A stretch of DNA of 64,000 nt. Source: an uncultured virus (IMG/VR IMGVR_UViG_3300032334_001252). Its lineage: Duplodnaviria; Heunggongvirae; Uroviricota; Caudoviricetes. Position 1 is the stretch's first letter. Each line of letters begins with the position of its first letter. Both the position numbers and the translations under genes were made by a program. The DNA is taken from IMG/VR virus record IMGVR_UViG_3300032334_001252. The stretch is one strand, 5' to 3'. The notes under the pieces are model-generated. The model was not told where the DNA came from. It saw only the letters and a program-made list of their open reading frames with translations, and made no database searches. This document shows positions 10,223 through 21,975 of the stretch, piece after piece.

Positions 10223-11554
10223 TTAATAAGTACCAGCATCAACAGTACTTAAATACACTGCACCGTTAGTTACTGTAAACTGTGTACTATCAAAACTTGA
10301 TAAACCTTTAACTGTAGTGCTAGCATAAGGAATTGCTGTTTGTGTTACAGCAGTTACTAAACCTTTTGCATTAACTGTTACTGTAGGAACTGTTACACTA
10401 TCACCAAAATTACCAATATTTGCATTAACTGTAGCCAATGTTAGTGCTGCCGACACGGCTGCCGAACCATCAACACTAGTCAATGTAGCGGTAGCATCAC
10501 CAGTTAAACTTAAATTACGTGCTGTTTTCCACTTTGTAGCCGTACTAGCATTTCCCACTAATTCAGCATAAACATTTGCAACATTTAAGTCTTTGTTAAA
10601 GTTCCAGCGGTCATCACCACTTGAATAAGTTAATGTAGCTGCAGTAGCAGGACCTTTAATAGTCAAACCACCGCCGTCTGCCATTGCTGCACTAGTAGCG
10701 TCTTTGGCTAACTCAATGTTTTTATCGCCAATTGCAACTGTTGTACTATTTACTGTAGTAACAGTACCTAATACTGTTAAGTTACCAGTAATCGACGCAT
10801 TGCCATCAATATTAATATTTGTAGCAGTAATGTCATTGCTATTTAATGTACCATTTACTGTTACATCATTAAAAGTAACGTTACTTGTAGGTGCTAATGA
10901 TTGTGGTAAGTTAATGGTAATTGTATTATCTGTTACTGCTGTAGTAACTCCAACTCCACCTGTAACTGTTAGTGTATCTGTTAACAAACTAACTGTATCT
11001 GTACCTGTATTACCTGCAATTGATAAGTTTGTAGCAACATTTACTGTACCTGCTGCAGTTAATCTACCTTTACTATCAACTGTAAAAGTAGGAATATGAG
11101 TAGCATCTCCATAACTACCTGCAGTTACTGCCGTATTTGCTAATGTAATTGCTGTACTGACATTAGCCGAACCATCTACACCACTAAAAGTTGCAGTTGC
11201 GTCACCAGTTAACTGCAAGTTACGTGCGTTTAACCATTTTGTAGTAGTAGCTGCGTTACCAATTAAATCTGCTGTAATATAACGTGCATTAAAATCACCA
11301 TTTGAATCACGTTTAACTAATGTCGAAATTGTATTTAAATTAGTAGCAGCATCAACCATATCGGTATATCGCTTACCACCAATAATAATGTGGTTTACTG
11401 CATTTCCCGCAGTTTCAGTACCCATACCAATGTATAGTCTGTCACCACCATTCGAACCATTATCTGCTAACCCAGAGTACGCTAGTTCACCTGCACCTAA
11501 TACGGCTGGGTTTCCGCTAGTGTCACTGCGTTTAATCTTTAAAAACGATGCCAT
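10223..11554 (-). CDS. tail fibre protein
   Basis: KIKRS...P..L..GELAY N-terminus; duplicated GNA.TA.KW..ARNL.LTGDA repeat; [11 protein letters not shown] motifs. Confidence 0.8.
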   Translation of the reverse strand: MASFLKIKRSDTSGNPAVLGAGELAYSGLADNGSNGGDRLYIGMGTETAGNAVNHIIIGGKRYTDMVDAATNLNTISTLVKRDSNGDFNARYITADLIGNAATTTKWLNARNLQLTGDATATFSGVDGSANVSTAITLANTAVTAGSYGDATHIPTFTVDSKGRLTAAGTVNVATNLSIAGNTGTDTVSLLTDTLTVTGGVGVTTAVTDNTITINLPQSLAPTSNVTFNDVTVNGTLNSNDITATNINIDGNASITGNLTVLGTVTTVNSTTVAIGDKNIELAKDATSAAMADGGGLTIKGPATAATLTYSSGDDRWNFNKDLNVANVYAELVGNASTATKWKTARNLSLTGDATATLTSVDGSAAVSAALTLATVNANIGNFGDSVTVPTVTVNAKGLVTAVTQTAIPYASTTVKGLSSFDSTQFTVTNGAVYLSTVDAGTY

Positions 11555-11565
11555 ATTATTATCCT

Positions 11566-11832
11566 TTAAAATTGACCAGCTTCAATAGTCTGTTGATCTA
11601 AGAGCCTGGTAGCTACCCATTTATTTGTTGTGGTATTGTAAACCAACATACTGCCAGCCTGTAGGTTTGAGATGTCAATATCACCACTATTTGATATGCT
11701 ATTAACAGTTGGAGGTCCCATTATACCAGTAACAATTAGTGTTGTTCCTTTTTCTTCGGTAACAACTTGATTAACTGTTTGAGCCTGTATAACCGCAGTA
11801 TCATTAGATTGAACAACTACGGTATCTGTCAT
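11566..11832 (-). CDS. hypothetical structural protein
   Basis: LVYN....KW motif; ends EAGQF like neighbouring fibre proteins. Confidence 0.55.
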   Translation of the reverse strand: MTDTVVVQSNDTAVIQAQTVNQVVTEEKGTTLIVTGIMGPPTVNSISNSGDIDISNLQAGSMLVYNTTTNKWVATRLLDQQTIEAGQF

Positions 11833-12419
11833 CTTGTCACCTCGGGTACTAATGTTAAGTTACCTACTAAGAAACTCAAAATATTATTAGCACTGTCAAA
11901 CAATTCTACAGAATATACAGCAGTACTAAAATTAAACGTTTGTGTAACATTGCCTAAAATAGTAATTGTAATAGTCTTGTATGTATTGTTTAACACAATC
12001 TGTCCAGCAGCACTAGTTGCTTCGTAAATTACAGTAGGGCTATCGACTGTTTCGCGAATTTGCATTCTAGCATTATAGTTTGCTAAATCAACAGGTTGAT
12101 TATATTCAATAACTCCACCACTAGTATATGCGGTATAAGCTAAACTATTAACTTGATTTATTGTTATACCGGTTGAAGTAGTGCTAGTTGCTATATGGTA
12201 TGTATCCGAAGTTGGGTATAATTCTTTCATACCACCACCGGCTACCTTAAATCGCCACCCTACAGGCAATGTGTGCGGCGAAGTAGTTGTAATTACGCAA
12301 GGAGCACTTTTAGCAATTGCTGAAATTGGGGCATAAACTTTGGTTTCTGATTCCCAGCGATATGTCTCTTGAAAGGTGCTGCCTTGATAAATTTTATAAT
12401 TAAGTTTTGCGGGTTGCAT
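11829..12419 (-). CDS. putative fibre adaptor/structural protein
   Basis: IYQGSTF...DL..Y.ARMQIR...PEVTR pattern; first gene after a strong promoter. Confidence 0.6.
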   Translation of the reverse strand: MQPAKLNYKIYQGSTFQETYRWESETKVYAPISAIAKSAPCVITTTSPHTLPVGWRFKVAGGGMKELYPTSDTYHIATSTTSTGITINQVNSLAYTAYTSGGVIEYNQPVDLANYNARMQIRETVDSPTVIYEATSAAGQIVLNNTYKTITITILGNVTQTFNFSTAVYSVELFDSANNILSFLVGNLTLVPEVTR

Positions 12420-12541
12420 TATATGATACCACCTTTTATTATAACTGTTATAATAACTTATTCTAAATAGGCAAAATCCCTTTAGAGCATAGTTAATTCC
12501 TTAAACGAAAAAATTCTGAACTTTTTCTCACATTTTGATAT

Positions 12542-12570
12542 ATTATACCATAAGGGCTGCTACTTGTCAA
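12542..12570 (-). promoter_or_regulatory. sigma70 promoter (TTGACA-17-TATAAT) for fibre/lysis operon
   Basis: Perfect consensus on minus strand. Confidence 0.85.
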
Positions 12571-12573
12571 TGC

Positions 12574-12608
12574 AAAAAAATACCCTGCCCATAGGTTGGA
12601 CAGGGTAT
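12574..12608 (-). terminator. intrinsic terminator
   Basis: ATACCCTG/CAGGGTAT stem followed by T7 on minus strand. Confidence 0.75.
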
Positions 12609-12640
12609 CAGTTTTTAGGATTAACTAGTTAATTGTTCAA

Positions 12641-15600
12641 TTAAGCGATAGAATATTCGCCTAAAACTAATCCGTAAGTTCCGTTTAAAGAGTAATCAGC
12701 CATATAGCGTACTTTAACCGTATGCCACCCAGCAGATAATGCCCTAGTCATTGCACCTGATGAAACATATCCACTTTCACCAATTCTATTAGTACTATAA
12801 CTACCACTTAGTCCGTGTGCTGGTACTAATCCTGTTGCTCCTCCGCTACCCTCTCCATTACCAGCAGTAGTTCCGTAATTAACTGTTGGCCACCAATTTT
12901 CATACATAGCAACATCATCTACAAAAATATAACCATAGTCATAATTAGATTCAGTACTTACTGTTAAGTAGCAAGTAATAGTACATGCTGCGCTTACATA
13001 AAATTGTCTGGTTACTGAATAGTCAAAATCGTATGTATTAAATGCATTAATACGAATACCATCATAAGTAGCATTAGGACTTGGAGTAGCGTAATAATAT
13101 GTACTATTAGGAACTCCAGTAGCAGATAAACTATAACTACTTACAGTTACACCTGCTGGAGCAGTATATCCGCATTTTCCTACAACTTGTCCTTGTGATA
13201 CATCATAGGTTCCACCACTACCATTAGCATAAGTATATATTAAAGTATTACCGCTGCAATATTCAGTTAATTTAGTTCCTGCGGATGGATAAACTCTATT
13301 AAAGTAAGTTTTTGTAGTATGTCCTGTATATGCAAATTTTGCAGCAAAATAGTGTGATCCTACACCAATGTCTGTACCTGCATTACTATTTGTCCAAGTA
13401 CCTGATCCGCCACCACCTGTTCCATCTATAGTAATAGCTGGCTGATGATAGGTTTCAGTATCAACACTCCAAGTAAAGGTATCACCTGGTTTAGCTCCAG
13501 TAATTGCTAAAACTACTCCGTCACCAACATAACTTTGATAAGGAGTAATAGTTACTTGTTCATTATATGTAACTACTGTAGGCGTTTGACTAGTATCATA
13601 TACTAAGAAAAATGCATAATTACTAGTTACATTATTATCATATACTTGTAAAAATAAATATCTAGGACTAGCTGTTTCTGTGCGTTGATTATTTGTTAAA
13701 TTAACAGTAATATAACCTTCGCCAGCACTATTTAAAGAAACAGTGCCTCCGCTTATACTAGAACCTGTAAAATCACTGCTAATAAAATCATATGGTGATC
13801 CAATATTTACAAACGGAAATCTATAATTAATAGTTGTATTTGCAGCATTAGTACTAGTTATATAAAAATATCCAGTTTCACCTTCATTCCTTGCATATGA
13901 GGTAGTAGTACTAACTGCAGGCGTATAATTAGCTGTTATACTATATGTTGGAGCTGCTGCACGTGGTGTCCAAGTTATACTTCTACTGTGTCCTGTAAAA
14001 TCAAATGTACAACTAAATGTATGAGTAGTTGTATTACCCGGTGCAGTAGTATAAGTAAATCCTCCAAGACTATTAATAGTACCCGTGCCAGAGCTATCAT
14101 AGTTATCTACATTCCATCGAATAGTATCGCCTGGTTTAGCACCACTAACATAAATTGTTACAGAGCTAGTAGTTGTATAAGGCTGACTATCACTAATAGA
14201 TATACTTTCATTTGGTGTTACACTACTATCTGTTACATAAACTGTAGATGCAGTACCTAAAGCTTGTAATAAACTTCCATTTCCACTAACATCTTTGTTA
14301 ATGGTCATTACAATAGTTTCTTGACTTTCAGTAGTATAGTCCTGTTTTAGTGTTCGGGTAAAAGTGCCTGTATTATTAACAATCTGTACTGTTCCATACG
14401 TATATGCGGTATAGCTATCACTAAAATCATTACTATCAACTGTACCTGTCATTGTCCAATATAAATTTGTATAATTGGGTACATTAGTACTATTTACAGT
14501 CCAAGTAACACTATCACCTTCATTAATGCTAGTAGTATTAGGTGTAATTGTTGCTGTTATGGTTGGTGCTTGACTAGTATCGGTAACTACTATGGACATT
14601 GATGCTTTTGTGGCGCCAGTATATCCGCCTGTTCTTAATTTAAACGTAATTGTTTCAGTGCCTTCGGTAGCAACGTCATTTTTAAGAAAAAACTGTAAGT
14701 GTTTTTCTAAACTATCTGGAAATGTAAATGTGCCTTGTAAACTTACAGTAATACTTTGATATGCTGGTAATCCAAAATCAATATCTTGTGTATTTGGATT
14801 ATAATAGCGCATATACTGAATATCATTAGTATCTATGCCTGTACCTTCTAAAGTCCAGAACATATTAGTACCATAACTATCCATTTCATACATAGCAATA
14901 TCTACCCACTGACCTTCACTATAAGTTTCAGTGGTTGAATTACCTAAATAATATGTAGCACCATTGGATGTATCATTAATATAAACTTTACCATTATAAT
15001 CAGCTACACGTGTACCAATTGGTTTATCTAGTGCTACTGAAAAATATTCTGTGCCTTCAAACAAATTATCTGCCGTCATGGTAACAGTAAAACTGCTAAT
15101 GCCATAATTAATTACTACACCACTATTAACACCATTAACAAAAAAATTATTACCACTAGCATCAGTTGCAACAATATCTGCTACACCTGCAGTAGCTGGA
15201 TTAACTAACGAAGGATATACACGTGTACCATCAGGTGCATTACTAGTTATATAAAAAGTTACTGAACTACCTTCGTCTACATAAACATCGCCTGTTTGTT
15301 GATTAGCTCTAGTAATAGAGTATGTATAAACTGGCGCTAAACTAGTGTCGTTAATTCTTCCGCTTAAATAAATAGTGCTAACACTTGGTATTGTAATTCT
15401 AAAATACTCATAACCTTCGGTTTTTTGATCCGCTGTTATTACCATTGTCAAATCTGCAGTACCAGTAGAAGTGCCACTAGTGTTAACTGTAAAGTTACCT
15501 GTTAAACCATATTGCGATCCAAAAATATCATCAGCATCTATCATTACACTTTCGTTACCTGGCTCTGCAACTATTTGAAAGGGTATTACTGTACCATTAG

Positions 15601-17065
15601 TCACATTTCTAGTAGTTAATCTGGCAACTGCTGTTATACCCTCATTATAAGCACCGCTTGAATTTGGCGATACCCAAGCTAAACTATAAGTTTTAAACTC
15701 TTTAATACTTACAGATATTGAAGCTTTTTGAGTATTATTTGAATCATATACTGTAAATGTAAAAGTTTCCGTACCTTCTAATATATTATCATTTGCTACA
15801 GTAAAATTAAATATGGCTGTACCATTATAGACTGTAATATATCCACTAAATGCTGGTGTAAAACTTTGACCACTACCACCTCTATAACCATCTATCATAT
15901 CACTAAAATCTGAAGTGGTAATATTAGTGCCACTAATAGTAAAAGGCACTATTGTACCACTAGTCACACCGCTAACATAAAGGTATATACTTTGATTATA
16001 CATAGGAGTAGTTGATGCAGATGGCTCCTGCTCATAAATATCATCAGTATTTCTTAATTGTAGTGTGTAAGTTGCTGGTAATGGTTGACTTTGATAACCT
16101 CTATCTAATGGGCCTGTATCTAGTATTAATATATCTGCTGAGTATGTGTCTAATCCATAGTTTGTATTGCTGCCACTAGTTACTTTTAAACCTTTGGTTA
16201 AATAAGTGCTTTGATAAATACCAAATGTACTAGCACTTAAATTTCCATAATAGTCTGTGTCTATATTTCTTGCTCTAAGAGTATTACTTTGACGTTGGAA
16301 AAATACTCTTGAACCATATAATTGAGCAGTATTAGTGCTACTGTTATATTGATAACGATCAAAAGTTGTTTTAGGTATTAAAAATCCTGTATTGTTTGGT
16401 GTTGGACTATTAATAGCTGTTTCATAAACATATGCACTAGCCAAATATGGTCCTACAAAATTTGGATCAATAATAGGTAACGATGGTGATTTAAAAGAAT
16501 AAGATTCTAATTCAATATGTTGATATGCTGAACTATATGTACACTGTCCATTAGGATCATAAACTTGTATTCCATAGCCACTATTAGCCGCCGTAGGATT
16601 ACCAGTAGCATAAAAGTATACTTTAGGAATAGCTGCACTAATATCACTACTATTAGCTGTAGCACTCCAACTTCTTGGAACCATTGCATATATACTAAAT
16701 ATTGGTCTACCATTTTCGTATTCGGCAATACCTTGTCCAGCACCTTGTGTTAAAGAATATGGACCAGTTTTAGTACTATACCAAATATGATTAGTACTAC
16801 CTTCTGGTAGTGTATATATTACAAAACAAGCTTGTCCGCTAGGTGCATAATATTTTAATTCATAAACATCCCAAGTTTCTGCAGGACTACCATACCCTAC
16901 ATCCAATCTAGGTTGATTTTGAAGAATTTGAGTAAATTGTGAAGTTACGTCAACATTACTGTAATTTAAACCAATTTGTGAATCAGTAATATACCAAGGT
17001 TTAACTTGTGTATCATCAATAACAAGATTATTGTTATCATTATAAAATTTAAATCCGTATGTCAT
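12641..17065 (-). CDS. large tail tip/receptor-binding protein with Calx-beta/Ig-like repeats
   Basis: YGF/YGIQ N-terminal motifs; ~6 repeats of EG...F......D...EG.E.F...I.DTS. Confidence 0.7.
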   Translation of the reverse strand: MTYGFKFYNDNNNLVIDDTQVKPWYITDSQIGLNYSNVDVTSQFTQILQNQPRLDVGYGSPAETWDVYELKYYAPSGQACFVIYTLPEGSTNHIWYSTKTGPYSLTQGAGQGIAEYENGRPIFSIYAMVPRSWSATANSSDISAAIPKVYFYATGNPTAANSGYGIQVYDPNGQCTYSSAYQHIELESYSFKSPSLPIIDPNFVGPYLASAYVYETAINSPTPNNTGFLIPKTTFDRYQYNSSTNTAQLYGSRVFFQRQSNTLRARNIDTDYYGNLSASTFGIYQSTYLTKGLKVTSGSNTNYGLDTYSADILILDTGPLDRGYQSQPLPATYTLQLRNTDDIYEQEPSASTTPMYNQSIYLYVSGVTSGTIVPFTISGTNITTSDFSDMIDGYRGGSGQSFTPAFSGYITVYNGTAIFNFTVANDNILEGTETFTFTVYDSNNTQKASISVSIKEFKTYSLAWVSPNSSGAYNEGITAVARLTTRNVTNGTVIPFQIVAEPGNESVMIDADDIFGSQYGLTGNFTVNTSGTSTGTADLTMVITADQKTEGYEYFRITIPSVSTIYLSGRINDTSLAPVYTYSITRANQQTGDVYVDEGSSVTFYITSNAPDGTRVYPSLVNPATAGVADIVATDASGNNFFVNGVNSGVVINYGISSFTVTMTADNLFEGTEYFSVALDKPIGTRVADYNGKVYINDTSNGATYYLGNSTTETYSEGQWVDIAMYEMDSYGTNMFWTLEGTGIDTNDIQYMRYYNPNTQDIDFGLPAYQSITVSLQGTFTFPDSLEKHLQFFLKNDVATEGTETITFKLRTGGYTGATKASMSIVVTDTSQAPTITATITPNTTSINEGDSVTWTVNSTNVPNYTNLYWTMTGTVDSNDFSDSYTAYTYGTVQIVNNTGTFTRTLKQDYTTESQETIVMTINKDVSGNGSLLQALGTASTVYVTDSSVTPNESISISDSQPYTTTSSVTIYVSGAKPGDTIRWNVDNYDSSGTGTINSLGGFTYTTAPGNTTTHTFSCTFDFTGHSRSITWTPRAAAPTYSITANYTPAVSTTTSYARNEGETGYFYITSTNAANTTINYRFPFVNIGSPYDFISSDFTGSSISGGTVSLNSAGEGYITVNLTNNQRTETASPRYLFLQVYDNNVTSNYAFFLVYDTSQTPTVVTYNEQVTITPYQSYVGDGVVLAITGAKPGDTFTWSVDTETYHQPAITIDGTGGGGSGTWTNSNAGTDIGVGSHYFAAKFAYTGHTTKTYFNRVYPSAGTKLTEYCSGNTLIYTYANGSGGTYDVSQGQVVGKCGYTAPAGVTVSSYSLSATGVPNSTYYYATPSPNATYDGIRINAFNTYDFDYSVTRQFYVSAACTITCYLTVSTESNYDYGYIFVDDVAMYENWWPTVNYGTTAGNGEGSGGATGLVPAHGLSGSYSTNRIGESGYVSSGAMTRALSAGWHTVKVRYMADYSLNGTYGLVLGEYSIA

Positions 17066-17385
17066 CTTGCCATTACCAATAAAGTTGTATTTACTCTATA
17101 ACTTACTGAACCTAATAGTGTTGAGTCTGCATATTGTATTTGAGGATAACCATTAGGATAAACTATTTTATATGCTACATCACCACTATAAATAATTACA
17201 GGTACTAATTCTAGACCATATAGATTTGGCTTACCACCAGTACCATTGTAAGTAATAGTATGTTGTGTTAAATCAGTACTACCAGTTACAAGTAGTGTTT
17301 CAAATCCTACAAAAACTCCGCCAGGACTGGCGGAGCTATATACTATTTGATTTGCACTATCTTTAATTTGCATTCCATATGCCAT
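17062..17385 (-). CDS. small tail-tip protein
   Basis: MAYGMQI motif; lies between fibre genes. Confidence 0.6.
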   Translation of the reverse strand: MAYGMQIKDSANQIVYSSASPGGVFVGFETLLVTGSTDLTQHTITYNGTGGKPNLYGLELVPVIIYSGDVAYKIVYPNGYPQIQYADSTLLGSVSYRVNTTLLVMAR

Positions 17386-17388
17386 AGC

Positions 17389-20300
17389 TTATCCTAGGTT
17401 ACCAATAACAACACGTCTAACATTACTAGCATCAAATACTTCTATTTTAGTTTGTGAAACAATAATACGCTCACCGCTAGTACGTGGACTGCCATCTGCA
17501 TTAGATGGACCTACTGTTAGTCTATTTACATCAATAGTACCAGTAGTAATTCTACCACCATCAATAGTAGTCGTATTAGTCGTATAAATATCACTACCAC
17601 TTAATTTTGCATCTAATGCACTTTTTATAGGACTGCCGCTAGTTGTAGCATTAGTAAAAGTAACTAATCCTTCAAAATTAATAGCATTAAACGCACTTGT
17701 AAATGTACTAGTTTGTGAGCTATCTAAGTTGTATGTAGTTTCAGATACACTGTATCTAATTGCCCATACTTTACTGTCAGTTCCGGTATAACTAGTACTA
17801 GCGCTGGGACTAGGTGCTGTAAATGACCATGAACCCAAACTAGCAAATGTATTAGTACTAAAATTATATAATCCTAATCCGTTAGTACCTGGTGCATTAG
17901 GCTGAGTAGATTGTGCTGTATTGTAGTATAAATATCCAGAAGCATTTCTAGGACCTGGATTACCAGGATTGCCCTTATCACCTGTTAATTTAGTCCATGT
18001 ATATGCACTTAGTAGCGTACTATCTGCTTCAGTATTATCACTATAAGTACCTATCCAACTACCTGTATTTTCACCGCTATTAGCAGTAAAACTAGCACCA
18101 CCGTCATCACTATACTTTATGTGTAAATATGCAGTTTTACCGTTAGTTACTGTATACTCTACACCTAGTGTAGGAATATATTTTTGACTAGGACCGTAAG
18201 TAACGCTACCATCTACACCACTTACCTTTTTAACACGAACATATACATTACCACTTACCCAGTTTGGATCAAAATTTACATTATTGCTAGAGTATTCAAA
18301 ACTTAATGTATCCGCATTAACACCATTAGTACCATTTTTCAAAATAGCTACTGGTTGTGACCATGTTCCTCCATTTACAAGAGTAGATGTTCCAGTACTA
18401 ATAAAAGTATAACTACTAGAATAAGTTGTTAGTGTAGCAGAAGATGTTGGTAGTGTTGGTGACCAAGTAAATCCACTACTACTAGGAACTGATAGAGTAG
18501 AATTACTAAAATCATAACTGCCACCAGTTGGTGCAACAGTAGGAATACTAGCAGACTGAGTATAAACTGTTGCAGTATAACTACTTTTTCCATTAGTACC
18601 ATTAATGCCGTTTTGTGCTACAATTACTGGTTGACTCCAAGTAGTAAGTGAAACCCCTGTATATGGTGTAGTAGTTGTAGCTAAACTCTTAGTCATCCAG
18701 ATAGGCGTAGTACTAGAGTTATCTCGTGTCATACTCCAACCACTAGTACCACCGCTAGTACTAATTGTATTATTATAAAAATAATATATAGCACTAGTTG
18801 GAGGTGTAGGAGTTGGCGTAGCTGCAGCAGTTACGTATAGTTCAATTATATCTCTATATTCACCATTAGTACCATTTTGTGCTTCTACGTAAACATCACT
18901 CCATTGAGTAGCAGTTATAGTAGCGGTTGGGGCGCCAACAAAGGTATAGTCACAAGCCCAAGTAGGTACAGTAGTAGTTGCAGGTTGAGTTGGGCTCCAA
19001 CCACTTGGTGCAGTAAGATAATTATTACTAAAATTATAACTACCGCCAGTTGGGCCAGTGGAGTCTGGACTACCGGGATTGGTTACACTTTGCTTGTACA
19101 CAGTAGCAACATAAATGGAATTACCAGTTGCACCATCACGAGTTTTATTAATTGTTAGTATTCTGCTAGCATCAATATTTGTACCAGTTACTCTATAAGT
19201 AATGGTAATTTGATTAACGCCACTACCTTGATCTAAGTATGAACTTGGTACAGTAATATCACCAGAACTATTTATAGTGCTAGTATAGTTAGCAATACCT
19301 GTGGCACTTAAACCTGAATAACTAATAGCTGAAAAGGTTAAGCCAGTAGTTATTCTATCTGTTCCTTTATATACAAGTAAAGTAGTAGTTATACTTGTAT
19401 TTGAAACAGGTACACCAGTAGCACTACTACTAATATTTTGACTTGGATTAGCCAATCCAATTGCTAATCCACCACTACCAGATTCTAATGAATATACTGT
19501 TTGTACATCATAAACTAGTTGTCCATTAACAGTAGCTTGTATTTTATAAGTTTTTGTACCGCTAGTAAATTGACTTACTGTGTATTGTTTAAGATCTACT
19601 CCACTTGTAATAGCTGTAAAAGCCCCCTCATTTACAGCTTCATACCAATAATATGTTGTATTTAAAGGTATGTTAAAAGTATCTGCATTTAAAGTAATAG
19701 TATTAGGCGACCATACATTGTCTGTAGATTTTACAAATGCAATTGTTTTAAGTCCAGTTAAATTAATATTGGGAGCACTTGCACCATCTTGAGATCTATT
19801 TAGTGTTAATACTTGCGTATATACTTGACCATCTACAGTAGCATTAAATGTTGCACTAGCAAACTCACTAGTTAATGTAGCTACGCTAATTACACCTGTG
19901 CTACTATTAATATCTGCTGTCATTCCAGATGCAGCTGCTAAACCAAATGTAACTGCACCTGTACCATTCAATGAATTAGTACCACGTTTAACTTGATATA
20001 CACATTTAAAATTTGCAGGTGTAGTAGTATTTAAAGTAACATCTAACTGTCCAGCTTTAATATTTCCAGTACTGTCATAATATATAGTCTGATTGCCGTT
20101 TGTTAGGTTGTAAGATATTCCGGGATCGCCTTCTTTTAATGAAGCAATAGAAAGCTCATCAAACTGTTCATAGGTAGTACCATTTACAGTTTCACTAACT
20201 GTAACTCTTATTAACTTGGCTGGTACTGGATTACCACTTGCGAATGATTTTAGTGTAAGTACATTATTAGAAACAGTTGCTACTGAACTAGCAAAAGTAG

Positions 20301-21966
20301 TACTACCATCTATTGTCCATTGATATTGTGGGTTAGTATATTGGCTAGTTGTTGCTGTTAATGCAATGGTTGAAGGCAATACTGTTGAGCTGCCACTAGC
20401 AGTTGTAAAATTAGCATAATTGCTAGTTAAATTAACACCGCGGCCTGTAGCACCAGCTTTTGATTTTGCAAAACTTTGACGTACTGTAGTATCTAAATAT
20501 TGAGTAGAATCATTGCCAGTACCTGCAATTTGTTGAACACGAATAGTATAGTCAATATAAGCAACATCAGCAATCATGCTGCTTGCTCTACTAAATGTTA
20601 CGTGATCACTGCCTTGAGTAGCTACATAACTAGCATCGTACGATATAGTATCAACATTACTAGTATTTTTTGAAGGTACAACACTAACTATTCTCCAAGT
20701 ATCTGCACTAAAAGTATCACTTGAAGTATTATCAATTAAAAGTGTTTTATTACCTTTTTTAACTGTAATAGTATTACCACTACCATCATAGTCATTATAG
20801 GTAGTATTACCTAGTGCATTAGCAGTAATTAAATGAGATCCATTAGTTTGTTCAACTGTTATCTGATTACTACCATCATTTATTCTATATAATGTAATAG
20901 TATCTGATACAGTAATATCAGCTTGGCTAGTTGCTGTAGCTAATACGTATCCTGTAGTTATTCCATAGTAACCGAATTGTGCTGCAGTGATTGTAAAAGT
21001 ATTATTTACTTGATCTTGTGTACCACTTATAGCACCTAAGAGTGAGCCGCTTCTAGTGTATGCGTATGCTAACCATGTAATTTGTCCAGTAATATTTGCT
21101 AATCTAGCTTTAATAACAGAGCTAGTAGTTACTGAAGTAGTATCAATTTCTTGTTTATAAACAAATTCTGTTGTGTTAGCACTTAACTGAATAAGTGGAG
21201 CAGTTTGTCCACCACGGCCTTTAGTTACTGTCCAGGTACGTTCAACAGTAACACCATTATACTTAGCCAAAAATATAACACTGTTATTATAATTAGTTAC
21301 ACCTACACCAGTGCTATAAAATGCACCAGTAATACTATCAATAAATGTATTACTACTAGTTAAATCACCTGTATAGCTGTTATCTTTAATACTGTATCTA
21401 GGTCCTACTACTGATCCGTCACTTGCAAGAACGTTAGTAGTGTTTGCACCAGTTACTTCTGAATTATCATTATAAACCTTAAACACACCTTGACTAGCAG
21501 TAGTCCAGGCAGCCTGCTGCTGAGCATTGCTTGGGCTAGCTACTAATACACCGTTTACAGTAACTAAAATAGTTCCTGCACTATCAGTACTAATATTAAC
21601 TGGATCATTGCTTAAATAACCATAGACGTGCACTCCAGCAGCTAAGGTTTTGGCACTTAGCTGACTAGAGACAGTAATTGCATCTGGGTCAATTTTACTG
21701 ATATATGCATATTTTACATAGTATGTAGTATCTTCTTCTAAACCATCAATAGTGGTAAGTAAACCACCATTATCACTATATAAAACCCAAGGATTATCTA
21801 CAGGATTATATGCTATAAGTGGATCAAAAGGCGTTACTTTACTATACCAAACCTTAACAGATACTAAATCATCTCTAGTATCTGTTGTGTTATTAGGTCT
21901 AGTATAAGTTGGGCGTGATAATACTAAATGTACGGCTTTTATACCAGAATTAATAGTTGCTGACAT
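17389..21966 (-). CDS. large straight tail fibre protein
   Basis: FN3-like N-terminus, internal repeats, YLHIKYSDDGG motif, C-terminal TTIDGGRITTG...RVVIGNL. Confidence 0.75.
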   Translation of the reverse strand: MSATINSGIKAVHLVLSRPTYTRPNNTTDTRDDLVSVKVWYSKVTPFDPLIAYNPVDNPWVLYSDNGGLLTTIDGLEEDTTYYVKYAYISKIDPDAITVSSQLSAKTLAAGVHVYGYLSNDPVNISTDSAGTILVTVNGVLVASPSNAQQQAAWTTASQGVFKVYNDNSEVTGANTTNVLASDGSVVGPRYSIKDNSYTGDLTSSNTFIDSITGAFYSTGVGVTNYNNSVIFLAKYNGVTVERTWTVTKGRGGQTAPLIQLSANTTEFVYKQEIDTTSVTTSSVIKARLANITGQITWLAYAYTRSGSLLGAISGTQDQVNNTFTITAAQFGYYGITTGYVLATATSQADITVSDTITLYRINDGSNQITVEQTNGSHLITANALGNTTYNDYDGSGNTITVKKGNKTLLIDNTSSDTFSADTWRIVSVVPSKNTSNVDTISYDASYVATQGSDHVTFSRASSMIADVAYIDYTIRVQQIAGTGNDSTQYLDTTVRQSFAKSKAGATGRGVNLTSNYANFTTASGSSTVLPSTIALTATTSQYTNPQYQWTIDGSTTFASSVATVSNNVLTLKSFASGNPVPAKLIRVTVSETVNGTTYEQFDELSIASLKEGDPGISYNLTNGNQTIYYDSTGNIKAGQLDVTLNTTTPANFKCVYQVKRGTNSLNGTGAVTFGLAAASGMTADINSSTGVISVATLTSEFASATFNATVDGQVYTQVLTLNRSQDGASAPNINLTGLKTIAFVKSTDNVWSPNTITLNADTFNIPLNTTYYWYEAVNEGAFTAITSGVDLKQYTVSQFTSGTKTYKIQATVNGQLVYDVQTVYSLESGSGGLAIGLANPSQNISSSATGVPVSNTSITTTLLVYKGTDRITTGLTFSAISYSGLSATGIANYTSTINSSGDITVPSSYLDQGSGVNQITITYRVTGTNIDASRILTINKTRDGATGNSIYVATVYKQSVTNPGSPDSTGPTGGSYNFSNNYLTAPSGWSPTQPATTTVPTWACDYTFVGAPTATITATQWSDVYVEAQNGTNGEYRDIIELYVTAAATPTPTPPTSAIYYFYNNTISTSGGTSGWSMTRDNSSTTPIWMTKSLATTTTPYTGVSLTTWSQPVIVAQNGINGTNGKSSYTATVYTQSASIPTVAPTGGSYDFSNSTLSVPSSSGFTWSPTLPTSSATLTTYSSSYTFISTGTSTLVNGGTWSQPVAILKNGTNGVNADTLSFEYSSNNVNFDPNWVSGNVYVRVKKVSGVDGSVTYGPSQKYIPTLGVEYTVTNGKTAYLHIKYSDDGGASFTANSGENTGSWIGTYSDNTEADSTLLSAYTWTKLTGDKGNPGNPGPRNASGYLYYNTAQSTQPNAPGTNGLGLYNFSTNTFASLGSWSFTAPSPSASTSYTGTDSKVWAIRYSVSETTYNLDSSQTSTFTSAFNAINFEGLVTFTNATTSGSPIKSALDAKLSGSDIYTTNTTTIDGGRITTGTIDVNRLTVGPSNADGSPRTSGERIIVSQTKIEVFDASNVRRVVIGNLG

Positions 21967-21975
21967 TCGTATTCC

